DNA of 64,000 nt from an uncultured Clostridium sp. (lineage in GTDB: Bacteria > Bacillota > Clostridia > UBA1212 > UBA1255), in assembly GCA_900543695.1 (NCBI GenBank), contig UQSG01000001.1, positions 10,136 to 74,135 on the forward strand, in the 5' to 3' direction. A program made the translations under genes and the position numbers. Below the pieces are notes generated by a model that ran no database searches, had not been told where the DNA came from, and was given only the letters and a program-made list of their open reading frames with translations. Shown piece after piece: positions 1 to 9,508 of the stretch. Position 1 is the stretch's first letter, and every line of letters begins with the position of its first letter.

Positions 1-33
1 AAATGGTTATTTCTTAATACAGACAATACGTCA

Positions 34-66
34 AAAACGGAATCAGAAATCTGATTCCGTTTTGAC
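34..66. terminator. Bidirectional rho-independent terminator downstream of the araD-ulaE unit
   Basis: Perfect 13-bp inverted repeat AAAACGGAATCAG-AAAT-CTGATTCCGTTTT. It is flanked by A-run and T-run, so it ends in U-tracts on either strand, and lies 27 nt after the araD stop. Confidence 0.7.
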
Positions 67-92
67 ATGAAGCCAATTTTTTTGCGGCGGGG

Positions 93-782
93 CTACTGCC
101 CATAGTAAGCCTTCGGCCCATGTTTTCTCTGATAATGCTTATCCAGGACGTACTGCGCCATGCTGCTTTCCGGATTTAAGAGAAGCGTTTTCAGATCCAT
201 CTCAGCCACGCGCTCCAATACAACGGCGTGGTATACGGAATCCGCGGCATCCTTCCCCCAGGTGAACGGTCCGTGGTTGCGGACGACAATTCCCGGGATG
301 CTCATTGCATCATAGCCGCCGGACAGGATCGTTTCCACAATCACCTTTCCCGTGTTTGCCTCATAGGCCTCCGCCACTTCCTCGCGCTTCAGTTCCCGCG
401 TACACGGAATATCTCCATAAAATGCATCGGCGTGCGTCGTTCCCAGGGCAGCGATCGGGATCCCCGCCTGCGCGAAAGCCACCGCATTTGTAGAATGCGT
501 ATGGGTAACGCCGCCGATTTCCGGAAACGCCCTGTACAGCTCCAGATGTGTCGGCGTATCGGAAGAAGGCTTCCATTTTCCTTCCACCAGATTGCCCTCC
601 AGATCGATCACAGACATATCCTCTGGCGACATCGCTGCATAATCGACGCCGGACGGCTTAATGACGACAAGACCGCGCTCCCGGTCGATTTCGCTTACAT
701 TTCCCCACGTATAAATCACAACGCCTTTTGCAACTAAATCAAGATTCGCAGCCAAGACGCGCTCTTTTAATTCTTCTAACAA
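93..782 (-). CDS. araD: L-ribulose-5-phosphate 4-epimerase (class II aldolase/adducin family; AraD/SgbE/UlaF)
   Basis: 229 aa, near end-to-end similarity to E. coli AraD from memory: [51 protein letters not shown]. The His/Asp metal-site motifs are conserved. Confidence 0.9.
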   Translation of the reverse strand: MLEELKERVLAANLDLVAKGVVIYTWGNVSEIDRERGLVVIKPSGVDYAAMSPEDMSVIDLEGNLVEGKWKPSSDTPTHLELYRAFPEIGGVTHTHSTNAVAFAQAGIPIAALGTTHADAFYGDIPCTRELKREEVAEAYEANTGKVIVETILSGGYDAMSIPGIVVRNHGPFTWGKDAADSVYHAVVLERVAEMDLKTLLLNPESSMAQYVLDKHYQRKHGPKAYYGQ

Positions 783-797
783 AATTCCTGCCCCCTT

Positions 798-1640
798 TTA
801 AGCGTGTGTTTCCGCAGACCGCTGCAGAATACCGGATAAAAACGCATAAGCCGCTCGAAGCTCACGCTCCGCATCCCGATCTGGCAGACACCAGAATTCC
901 GCCGTAAACCGCAGAACACCCAGATCAAATAAAGTATCCGCAATCACCGGAAAATCAACTTTTCCTTCTCCAAAAAACAAGTTGCGGTAGATTCCCGGCT
1001 TCGTTTCTTTCAAATGTGCAGAAAAAAGATGTCCGGCGCCGCGGCGCAGATCCCCGGGAACGTCTTCCACCGCGTTGCTGATGTTTCCGGTATCGGGATA
1101 GACGCCCAAATAAGGCGAATCAATTTCCGATACATATTCCATGGCCTTTTCAACGGTATTCATAAAATCATTTTCCATTGTTTCCAGGCCCAGAATGACG
1201 CCGCAGGAGGCGGCCATTCTGGCAGAGCGAAAAAGATTTTCCGTAAAATATTTTTTTGTTTCCGAATCGGAGGTCTCGTTGTAATAAACGTCATATCCCG
1301 CCAGCTGAATGATCCGGATGCCAAGATCATAGGCAAGCGCAATCGCGTTCTCCATAATCTGCATCCCCTTCTCGCGGATTTCCGGGAAATGGCTGCCGAT
1401 CGGATATTTTCTGTGCGCGCTCAGGCAAATGGAGCTGACGCACAGCTCCTGCCTGCTCCATGCCGCGAATTCTCTTCGCTGGGCCTTGCTCCATTCCAGG
1501 CGCAGCTGACGCTCCTGTGTTTCATCGATACTCATTTCGATAAAATCAAAGCCGAGCTGTCCGGCCGCACTCATTTTATGCGGCCAGCTCCAGGCCTCCG
1601 GCATTGCCTTTTCATAAAGTCCAAGCTGATATGGCTTCAT
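798..1640 (-). CDS. ulaE: L-ribulose-5-phosphate 3-epimerase (UlaE/SgbU, xylose-isomerase-like TIM barrel)
   Basis: 280 aa. Start LGLYEKAMP..GFDFIEMSIDETQER and IIQLAGYDVYY..PGIYRNLFFGEGKVDF closely parallel E. coli UlaE. It lies immediately upstream of araD and is co-oriented. Confidence 0.85.
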   Translation of the reverse strand: MKPYQLGLYEKAMPEAWSWPHKMSAAGQLGFDFIEMSIDETQERQLRLEWSKAQRREFAAWSRQELCVSSICLSAHRKYPIGSHFPEIREKGMQIMENAIALAYDLGIRIIQLAGYDVYYNETSDSETKKYFTENLFRSARMAASCGVILGLETMENDFMNTVEKAMEYVSEIDSPYLGVYPDTGNISNAVEDVPGDLRRGAGHLFSAHLKETKPGIYRNLFFGEGKVDFPVIADTLFDLGVLRFTAEFWCLPDRDAERELRAAYAFLSGILQRSAETHA

Positions 1641-3910
1641 ATCTGGCTCCCCTTAACATATACGAAATAACGATCCTGTATTTTGCGGACAGATCCCTTC
1701 GCGCCGCCGGCAATCTGAATTTCCGGCCTGTTGAAGGGCCCCATACGGATCCAATCTACAGCGGCGTCACCGTTCCAGTCCGCGGTATAGCTGCATTCGC
1801 CGTCAGAAGCGGTAATTTTGCCGGCTCCTGTGCCGCGCCGGTAAGAGAACGAGAACGGAACCACCGTACGGTCCGCTTTTGTAACGGTATATGCCTCCGT
1901 TTCCAGAGAGGTCCAGCCGTCCGGAAGACGCGGCACAAGACGGAGGCCCCGTTCCGGTGCAATATCGTCGATTCCCAGCAAAAGCCGCGCACATTTTACG
2001 ATTTCCGCCTGCTGAACTGCATTTCCAAGATCGCTGTTGCGATACCAGAACCGTTTCGACCCGTGGACGATCACGCCCTCCGGCACGATGTAGCTGTGAT
2101 CGGTATGATGATAGCAGAACATCGCCGCCGTTTCAATGCATTCCGTCATTTCCTCGTAGCGGTCCAGCATAATCGCCGACTGCGTCAGATAGCCCTGTCC
2201 GTAGCCCATCTGCCGTCCGGATTCCGGTGCATAAAATACTTCCTTCTGCGCCAGGAACGTACGGTTCAGCAAATCAAACCATTCCGGATGCTCATACGAC
2301 ATATCGTATCCAAACATATCGCTGTAAATCAGGAGGTCCACCATCCGCTTATATTCATACGTCCAGCAATCGTCCGTCGTATCTGTATATACCTTTCCGT
2401 AGCGCGGATGCTCCATCAGGAAATGTCTGCCGGCCGCCTCGCGGAGCGCTCCTGCAAAATCCGCAAGCTCAGAAGCATAATCCGCTTCACCAATTTCACG
2501 GAACAGCTCAGCGTATCCTAAAAGCGCAAAAGAAGAAATCAGATTGGAGAAAAGATCATAGCCGCCCGTAATCTGCGTGCTGGTCTCCGATTCTGAAAAT
2601 AAAATATCGGTAAAATTCGACTCCTTCGGATGCGCCTTCTGCCACAGGTAATAATCCGCGGCATCCTTCAGCTCCTTCCGGTGCTCCTGCAGCCACTGGC
2701 GATCCACGACGCCCTTCCGGAACAGAGTAAAGATAAACAGCATGACAGCCGCGTGTCCGTCGTTTTCCTTGCCTTCGTTAAATAAATCGTTTTCGTCCTT
2801 TGCAACCAGATTGGCCACGCGCTTCCAGTGCGGAATCGGGAAACGGACGGAAGGATAATACAGCAGCTTATGGAGGTAATCAGCCGCAGGCACCACGCGC
2901 TTAAAATAACCGAAATTGGTCAGCTCCATCAGCGTCCTTCCGATGTCGCGCGTCCAGACGTGGCCGCCGTAGCTGTCACTGTTTTCCTTAAAGGTTCCGA
3001 AGCCCAGATAGCAGCCAAAGTTGCACGTATACGGCGTGGAAGTATGCGAACGGCCATCGTCCTCAATTTTGCCGTGCGCCATATCCATAATGTTTGCACG
3101 GTAAACGTTCGTATAAACCTCCGCCATCGGCGCGCCGGAAAAAGTGACATCCGGTGCGTCGAAGCCTTCGATTTCTTTCTTTGCATCCGAAGCCGGCAGC
3201 TCGTCCCGGAACTGGTACAATCTGCGCGCCAAACGGTCAATATCCGCATAATAAGCTCTGCTTAAGAAAAAGTCCTGATCCACAAGCGTCCATTCCGGGC
3301 GCAGCTCACCGCCGGCCAGGAGGCCGGTTACGGCAGATACGGCTACGTTTGCACGCTTCGAGTCCTCCCGAAAAAGCATGATTTCCTTAATTTTCTTATC
3401 CGAACGGAGCCGGTATCCAAAAACCCATTTGGTGCATTTTTCCGCCGATTCCGAAGTATTTTCCATCAGCTTCATGGCAGCGTCCTTCAGCGCCTTCGCA
3501 TTCGGATCGGAGACGAAGGGCTCCTGATACGGGGCGTCAAATGCCATCAGCTGCTCTTCCTCTTTCGGACGATAGTACAAATTATAGTTCCACGCATTTA
3601 CGCCGAAGATCACGGAAATCAGATCCTCTGTACGGTCTTCAAATATCACGCGGATCCGCATGAGACGATCCCCCAGGAAAAGACGAATGGAATGATCATA
3701 CATTGCTTCGTTCTGCGCCCACCATTCCGAACAATAATCGGAATCGGTAGCCATTCCCAGGAAAAACAGGGCTTCACACGCTGCCGGGAACGCAAGCGTT
3801 TCGCGATCAATTTTGCGGACTACGCCGCGTTCGTTTCTCGAAACAGAAAACGGGATCCCACATACTTCCAGCGTTTCCGGTTTTTCAGTCTGCTGATATT
3901 GATAAAACAT
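1637..3910 (-). CDS. Large cytoplasmic glycoside-hydrolase-like protein, (alpha/alpha)6-barrel-like, family unassigned
   Basis: 757 aa with no signal peptide. Strong RBS AAGGAGGAAA-N5-ATG. ATGA overlap with the ulaE start indicates translational coupling. Motifs GHVWTRDIGRT, ENDGHAAVML and GQGYLTQSAIMLDRY are typical of six-hairpin glycosidases. Family not determinable by eye. Confidence 0.4.
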   Translation of the reverse strand: MFYQYQQTEKPETLEVCGIPFSVSRNERGVVRKIDRETLAFPAACEALFFLGMATDSDYCSEWWAQNEAMYDHSIRLFLGDRLMRIRVIFEDRTEDLISVIFGVNAWNYNLYYRPKEEEQLMAFDAPYQEPFVSDPNAKALKDAAMKLMENTSESAEKCTKWVFGYRLRSDKKIKEIMLFREDSKRANVAVSAVTGLLAGGELRPEWTLVDQDFFLSRAYYADIDRLARRLYQFRDELPASDAKKEIEGFDAPDVTFSGAPMAEVYTNVYRANIMDMAHGKIEDDGRSHTSTPYTCNFGCYLGFGTFKENSDSYGGHVWTRDIGRTLMELTNFGYFKRVVPAADYLHKLLYYPSVRFPIPHWKRVANLVAKDENDLFNEGKENDGHAAVMLFIFTLFRKGVVDRQWLQEHRKELKDAADYYLWQKAHPKESNFTDILFSESETSTQITGGYDLFSNLISSFALLGYAELFREIGEADYASELADFAGALREAAGRHFLMEHPRYGKVYTDTTDDCWTYEYKRMVDLLIYSDMFGYDMSYEHPEWFDLLNRTFLAQKEVFYAPESGRQMGYGQGYLTQSAIMLDRYEEMTECIETAAMFCYHHTDHSYIVPEGVIVHGSKRFWYRNSDLGNAVQQAEIVKCARLLLGIDDIAPERGLRLVPRLPDGWTSLETEAYTVTKADRTVVPFSFSYRRGTGAGKITASDGECSYTADWNGDAAVDWIRMGPFNRPEIQIAGGAKGSVRKIQDRYFVYVKGSQI

Positions 3911-3939
3911 AAGCTTTCCTCCTTATTCATTTTTATCGT

Positions 3940-6900
3940 TTATACATGTGCCGCCAGTGCAAAGATTCCGCCGGCTGCATCCGCCTCACTGGCGATGATT
4001 CGCAGCTCTTTCATTTCTTTAAATTCACCGAAGTCCAATTCCAGCAGGTTGAACACCGTGCTGCAGCACTCAATCGCGCGGTTTTTGCACCAGAGGCTCC
4101 GCTGCGGATAGGCCGGAGGCTGAGCCTGCCGGTAATCCGTTTCTCCCGGCGCGACGGGCATCGCAGGAATCTCGCTTCGGTCCGTATCCGGCACATATGT
4201 TGCAAACCCCGCAATCACCTCATTTCCGAAGCCCATATCGGCAGTGCCGGGATAATAAACATCATAGAGATATATGGGACGAAAATACGAGTCTTTTTTC
4301 ACGGCCTCCGCCTCTGCGCGGAAAATTCTGCTGAATACGTCATGGTTGTCGATAAAAGCGCTGAAAAGCACGTAAAGCTTTTTCATTTTCCGGCCTTCAA
4401 GCGAAATCGTGACAACTGGATGCTTCTCTTTGCTGAATGGAAGGAACCCGTTCGGATTCAGAGAAAGCGGGACGGAGGGCAAAATGGGAATGGCTCCGTA
4501 CTGCTCCCAAAGTCCTTTCATAAAGGAGTCCGGGCCCTGCATCATATGGCCATGCGAAGGATGCAGACCGATTTCCCTCCAGTACGCGCTCGGCTTGCAC
4601 GCCTCGTCCGGGATCGGGATCGGGACGACCTGCGCATGCGCCGGCGCGGCTTCGATCTCCAGCGGATAATGGATCGGGCCCTGCAAAGTGGCTTTGTTCT
4701 TACCGGGAGAAAAAAGAATCTCACCCGAGCGGATTGGGAAAACGATCGTTCCGTTTTGCTTCGGCAGAACGGTTCCCTCCGCAGTCAGAAGCTGTCTGCC
4801 AATCAGGAGCTTCCATCCGCCTGTAAGCGCCTTTTCAGACTGATTCCAGACTTCCACTAAAACGGAATTTTGCCCTGCCGCAGCGGCAGCGCGGCAATAT
4901 ACCGCGGGTAAAGAAACCAGCGCGCAGGGATGCAGGAATTCCCTGCCTCCAGCCCGCAGGCGCAGAAAGAGCATTCTTCTGGCAAAATTGAGAATTCCGA
5001 ACCATCCGTAGCATTCGTATTTTTCCAGCAAATCGCGGCGAACAGTTCCCGTGAGTTTATTATTCTGCCATTCCAGCGAGGAGAAAACACCGCAGCGGTC
5101 TTCCACGCCGATCAGCTCCGCATCGCCTTCTATCCGCAGAGAAAAAGAATCTCCGCAGGCCGCCGTCATCTCATAGGTGCAGCGGATCTGAATGGGTTCC
5201 CAAGAGCAGGATACCGTAAGATTTCTTCCGGAGCCTGCTTCAAATTCTACGCTGCTCCAGCCGCAGTGCAGCTCCGGCTCAAGCGTCCATTTTTTCCCTT
5301 CCGCTTCGGCCGTAACGCGGAAAGACGGCGGGCAAAGAACGCGTATAATCTTACGCGTGTCATCCTCTATTTGCAGCTGCATCGAAAAGCCGTTCGTTTT
5401 GGACGTGTAGCTGATTTTGACGCCAGGCAGCTGCAGAGAAGCCTCCGGCCAGTCCTCCGGAATACACGGCGCAATTACCGTTTTATTCTCCGGCATATCG
5501 CGCTTCAGGCCGAAAATCGACTCGATAACAGCCTGAGAAAATACCGCTGCCGAAGGAGAAAAATAAGCAAATCTTTTTTCGTTCGCCGTTTCCGGCCAGG
5601 ATCCGCGCTGATAGCTGCCGCACACTCTGCGCGCAATAAAGGACAGCGGACGCACGGCTTCTTTTTTCATGCCGACAGAGGCGTACGCAGCAGAAGCAAA
5701 CGGCTGCATGTCCGAGCCGCACTGCATTCCCCACGTGGGGACGCCCCAATACGCATGATCGCCAAAGTGATTGGACTGATAAATTTCGCCCTCCGGACCA
5801 GTCATTCGATGCAGCAGGTGATCCAGCGCAGAAACTTTATCAGGATCGTCAATTTCATCGTATAGGATGGGATAAGTAATGCCGTGATACGTTGTTTCCA
5901 GACGAAGCTCTCCGGAAATATCTTCGTACCATGCCGGTCTGCCGAGATCCTTCAGCCATAGGGTTCGATACCATTCCGCCCTGCATCTGCCCGCTTCGGC
6001 GGAATAAAACTCTGCCTCCTCCGGCTTTCCCAGGATCGATTTGATGTAGGACATGATTTCCATCATTCTCACGCCTTCGATTCCGGTTGCCGCACCCTTT
6101 CCCGGGGTGCTTTCGAAATCCTCCTGATTTCCGATCTGCGTTCCCCAGCCGATTACGCCGCTGCCAACGGGATCGTATTCCGCAAAGCTCTGCCATAAAG
6201 CTTTTTCCAGAAAAGGCTCCGCTTCCTCGGCAAAGGCGAGGTCTCCTGTCATTTTAATATAATGCTCTACTTCCCGGAAAAAAAACTGATTATTTCCGCC
6301 CCAGTCACGGCGCGCCGAACCATCGGGGCACAGATCAGGGATCGCGCCGCTTTCAAATACGCGCTGCATCTGGCTGCGGAGACATTCCCGCACTCTGTCG
6401 AATCGGCCATTCCATTCTTCTGCCGCAGTATGCTCCATATGCCACATCGTAGGCCAGTGCTGAATGCTTTCAATCCAGCCGTAAGGACGAAGCCATGCAT
6501 ATTCCACATTCAGCAGCGCATGTCCGAATGCTTCGTTCAGCGCAGCATCCGGAGTATGAATCCGCCACTGTGCCAGAAGATCATCATAATAGCGGATGAC
6601 GCGTTCTTCCTCTTTTACCGGATCGCATCCGGCCAGCTCGACAGCACGCTCTTCCTGTTCTGAAAATCCAACGACGGCAAACAAATCCGTTCCCGTTCCG
6701 TTTGCCACTGCATACGTGCCGTACCTTCCGAAATCGCCCTCTAAAGACATAATCTTGAGATCGGAAAAGTTCCCCTTTACCGCCGTGACGAGCGGACGCT
6801 CTTCGCGCCGGATCAGGACCGTATTGCCGGACAGCTCAGCCGAGCCATGCTCGCAGTCGATTTTTTCTCCGGCCATGCTCTGATTGGGAGAGAAATGCAT

Positions 6901-7326
6901 AAAAGCTATATTTCCCGCGCCGAATTTCAGCCAGAATTTTCTCGGAGCATCACTGTGGATATGAAGCAGCGCCGCGCCCTCCCAGAGCATGTTTTCTCTT
7001 CCAAAATGGAGAGGATACCAAGACGCCTGAAAAGAAGTTCCGTCCGGAAGCTTCACTTCGCTTCTCAATCCGCCCGGGATATTGTCTGCGGTCGTTTCCT
7101 CGCTGCATTCCTGATAAGTAAGCCAGCGCGGCTCGCTTTCACCGACACCAATTACAAATTTTGCCAACAATACGTGTTCCGCACCGCGCGCCTGTGTATG
7201 ATCATATGTCATTACGGCGCCGTTCGGATACGCTTGCCTGAGAAAGACCAGACACTGCTGATAGGCGCATGCCCGCTCGTCCAGCAGCTCCAGTGTGGGG
7301 GAAATGTCGCTTTCGTTTTGTCTCAT
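3940..7326 (-). CDS. Very large (1128 aa) cytoplasmic glycoside-hydrolase/phosphorylase-like protein, family unassigned
   Basis: RBS AAAGGAGAA-N6-ATG. Central (alpha/alpha)6-like segment WLRPYGWIESIQHWPTMWHMEHTAAEEWNG with beta-sandwich flanking regions. No signal peptide. Divergent from the AraC regulator gene. Confidence 0.35.
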   Translation of the reverse strand: MRQNESDISPTLELLDERACAYQQCLVFLRQAYPNGAVMTYDHTQARGAEHVLLAKFVIGVGESEPRWLTYQECSEETTADNIPGGLRSEVKLPDGTSFQASWYPLHFGRENMLWEGAALLHIHSDAPRKFWLKFGAGNIAFMHFSPNQSMAGEKIDCEHGSAELSGNTVLIRREERPLVTAVKGNFSDLKIMSLEGDFGRYGTYAVANGTGTDLFAVVGFSEQEERAVELAGCDPVKEEERVIRYYDDLLAQWRIHTPDAALNEAFGHALLNVEYAWLRPYGWIESIQHWPTMWHMEHTAAEEWNGRFDRVRECLRSQMQRVFESGAIPDLCPDGSARRDWGGNNQFFFREVEHYIKMTGDLAFAEEAEPFLEKALWQSFAEYDPVGSGVIGWGTQIGNQEDFESTPGKGAATGIEGVRMMEIMSYIKSILGKPEEAEFYSAEAGRCRAEWYRTLWLKDLGRPAWYEDISGELRLETTYHGITYPILYDEIDDPDKVSALDHLLHRMTGPEGEIYQSNHFGDHAYWGVPTWGMQCGSDMQPFASAAYASVGMKKEAVRPLSFIARRVCGSYQRGSWPETANEKRFAYFSPSAAVFSQAVIESIFGLKRDMPENKTVIAPCIPEDWPEASLQLPGVKISYTSKTNGFSMQLQIEDDTRKIIRVLCPPSFRVTAEAEGKKWTLEPELHCGWSSVEFEAGSGRNLTVSCSWEPIQIRCTYEMTAACGDSFSLRIEGDAELIGVEDRCGVFSSLEWQNNKLTGTVRRDLLEKYECYGWFGILNFARRMLFLRLRAGGREFLHPCALVSLPAVYCRAAAAAGQNSVLVEVWNQSEKALTGGWKLLIGRQLLTAEGTVLPKQNGTIVFPIRSGEILFSPGKNKATLQGPIHYPLEIEAAPAHAQVVPIPIPDEACKPSAYWREIGLHPSHGHMMQGPDSFMKGLWEQYGAIPILPSVPLSLNPNGFLPFSKEKHPVVTISLEGRKMKKLYVLFSAFIDNHDVFSRIFRAEAEAVKKDSYFRPIYLYDVYYPGTADMGFGNEVIAGFATYVPDTDRSEIPAMPVAPGETDYRQAQPPAYPQRSLWCKNRAIECCSTVFNLLELDFGEFKEMKELRIIASEADAAGGIFALAAHV

Positions 7327-7492
7327 CGTTCATTCTCCTTTGCATTCTACTTTCCGCAGGATTCATTTGCCCTCATTATATCGGGCGCCTGCTGAAGGTA
7401 AAATTGCACAAAACATATTATTGATGGACAAAAGCGCAAAACTGTGCTAAAATCTGAAAAAGAAAGAACAAGAAAAAGGATGAGTTTATTTT

Positions 7493-8305
7493 ATGCCGAA
7501 AATAAAATATGTTGGCCGGTTATATGAAAATACGTACCGCATCAATCTTCACACGCATGATTTCTGGGAAATTGTACGCTATACCAAAGGAAGCGGTCTG
7601 GTAGAAATTGACGGAGAAATCATTCCTTTTCAGGAAAACGATATTTTTGCGATCCCGCCGAATGTCCCGCATACGGACTATTCCGATACGGGCTTTCAGA
7701 ATTATCATTACACCTTCAATGATGACGACTTCAACAGACTCTCTTATATGAAGTTTCCGGATACGGAGAACAACGATTTTCTGACGATCATGAAGCAGCT
7801 CTATCACGAATATCATTTGAAGCGCAAAAATTATCAAAACATTATAGACAGCCTCTATACGGTTTTGTTTCACTATATTCTGGCATTGTCCGAAGAAGCG
7901 GAAAGCAATCAATATGTAGCGCTTGTCATCAATGAAATCATCAGCAATATTTCTAATCCGGAATATGAAATTCAGCAGACACTGCAAAAAATTCCGTTAA
8001 CGGAAGACTATTTTAGAAAATTATTTTTCCAGGAGACCGGAAAGACGCCGCTCCAGTATCTCACGCAGAAGCGAATCTCTTTTGCAAAGCAGCTGCTCTG
8101 TCTTCAGGCCCATTCCGGGATTTCCATTCAGGAAATTGCCTGGCGGTCCGGATTTGCAGACAATTATTATTTTTCCCGTGTTTTTAAAAAGGTTACGGGC
8201 GTCAGCCCCAAATATTGGGCGGAGTACGACAAACAAAAAGCAGAGGAAGATAATGAGCTTCCCAAGCGCAATTATCTTCCTCCTGAGACAAAGGATTATG
8301 AATAA
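7493..8305 (+). CDS. AraC/XylS-family transcriptional regulator (N-terminal cupin sensor, C-terminal HTH)
   Basis: 270 aa. C-terminal AraC signature ..QEIAWRSGFADNYYFSRVFKKVTGVSPKYW. N-terminal beta-rich cupin region. Sits in the sugar locus divergent to the 1128-aa GH. Confidence 0.85.
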   Translation: MPKIKYVGRLYENTYRINLHTHDFWEIVRYTKGSGLVEIDGEIIPFQENDIFAIPPNVPHTDYSDTGFQNYHYTFNDDDFNRLSYMKFPDTENNDFLTIMKQLYHEYHLKRKNYQNIIDSLYTVLFHYILALSEEAESNQYVALVINEIISNISNPEYEIQQTLQKIPLTEDYFRKLFFQETGKTPLQYLTQKRISFAKQLLCLQAHSGISIQEIAWRSGFADNYYFSRVFKKVTGVSPKYWAEYDKQKAEEDNELPKRNYLPPETKDYE

Positions 8306-8340
8306 AGCGGTCTTAATGGATCGCTTTATTTCTTTTTCTT
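8304..8340 (+). terminator. Intrinsic terminator after the AraC-family gene
   Basis: Hairpin AAAGCGGTC-ttaatg-GATCGCTTT followed by ATTTCTTTTTCTT, 1 nt after the stop codon. Confidence 0.55.
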
Positions 8341-9489
8341 GCTTCGTACGATCACAACGACGAAGATGATTACAACAACTGCAATCGCGCCGATCAGCAC
8401 ATAAACCAGCCAGCCGTTTCCGCTGTCCGCATCCTCTGTGCTGCCATTCGTCGTCGGTACGGGCGTCTTTTCCGCAGCAGGCGTTCCGTCTGTTCCTGCA
8501 GTCGGCTCCGTCTCCGACGTAGGCTGTTCGGGAGCCGGCGTGCTTTCTTCCGCCTTCTCATAGACAGCCAGGTTATCAAGGCCAAAATTATTAGCGCGGT
8601 TGATAAAAGCAAACAGGCCTGTTACCGGTACCACGGCTTCATCGACGGTAGCCACAACCGCACCCTCAGCGTCTTTGATTTCCACCTTGCGATAGGAATC
8701 GCCGGAGAAGAGCTCCATTCCTGCCAGAGAAGTATCCCAGTAATTTTCATTCCAATGCGTCGTCACCTCGTCCGGTTCGGACATCGTAATCGTGCAGACG
8801 AGATTATCTTCTACGTATACGGCAATCTCGCCGTTCTCCTCCTGCACGCAGACAGACGTAAATTCCGTGAAATTAACGCCCTCGGGCATCTGGAACTGGT
8901 AGGAAACGGTGTATGCGCCGAGCATCCTGTCCGCCGCGTTTTCTACGACGCCGGTCGTCGCCTCGCCGTTAATCGGTCCCGCCGTGCCGCCATTTTTGTT
9001 TGTGTGTACGCCTACCTCCAGGATATTATCAAAAAAGTAAATAAACACGCCGGCAGCGCCCAGGAAGGACGTCAGATCCTTATCCTCATTGTCCGGCTCG
9101 ATCACCATGCCAACGGAATCGGCGGGAACGTGCAGCGCCAACGCGGATTTATAGGCATTTTCCGCCAAATTTCCGGGGATTGCCGTTTTAATGTCGAACT
9201 GCACACGGTAGTCAATCACCTCGTACATGGAATACACATAAGCCCCAGAAGGGAACATGCCGTTGTAATACGTGTTGTCGCCTTCTGTTACGACATTTTC
9301 CGCCTTTACATCGTAAGTGTTAAAATACGTGTAGAAATCGTCGGGAAGCACGCCGTCATAGCCCTCAAAATCGGTTACATATGCTTCGTTAAAGCTTTCC
9401 GGGAGCTCCGGAACAGCTGCTAGGGCCGGCAAAACGCCTGCAAAAGCCATGACTGCCGCCAAAAGACTTGCTATTATTTTTCGTTTCAT
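8326..9489 (-). CDS. Secreted cell-surface protein: signal peptide, beta-rich domain, Pro/Thr/Glu linker, C-terminal transmembrane anchor with KKKK tail
   Basis: 387 aa. N-terminal MKRKIIASLLAAVMAFAGVLPALAA signal peptide. Linker ..STPAPEQPTSETEPTAGTDGTPAAEKTPVPTT. C-terminal WLVYVLIGAIAVVVIIFVVVIVRSKKKK. RBS GAGAGGAG. Confidence 0.6.
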   Translation of the reverse strand: MKRKIIASLLAAVMAFAGVLPALAAVPELPESFNEAYVTDFEGYDGVLPDDFYTYFNTYDVKAENVVTEGDNTYYNGMFPSGAYVYSMYEVIDYRVQFDIKTAIPGNLAENAYKSALALHVPADSVGMVIEPDNEDKDLTSFLGAAGVFIYFFDNILEVGVHTNKNGGTAGPINGEATTGVVENAADRMLGAYTVSYQFQMPEGVNFTEFTSVCVQEENGEIAVYVEDNLVCTITMSEPDEVTTHWNENYWDTSLAGMELFSGDSYRKVEIKDAEGAVVATVDEAVVPVTGLFAFINRANNFGLDNLAVYEKAEESTPAPEQPTSETEPTAGTDGTPAAEKTPVPTTNGSTEDADSGNGWLVYVLIGAIAVVVIIFVVVIVRSKKKK

Positions 9490-9508
9490 AAAATGACTCC
9501 TCTCTTTG

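Noticed and set aside
228-1670. Numerous 60-300-aa ORFs on the opposite strand of annotated genes (for example 228-737 +, 1014-1670 +, 3946-4860 +, 4930-5865 +, 13424-15073 +, 18466-20079 +, 23155-24702 +, 29667-31109 -, 31063-32616 -)
   Set aside because: They lie entirely antisense within confidently homologous genes and have Arg/Pro/Ser-rich, low-complexity translations with no start-site signals. These are typical shadow ORFs of a high-GC genome.
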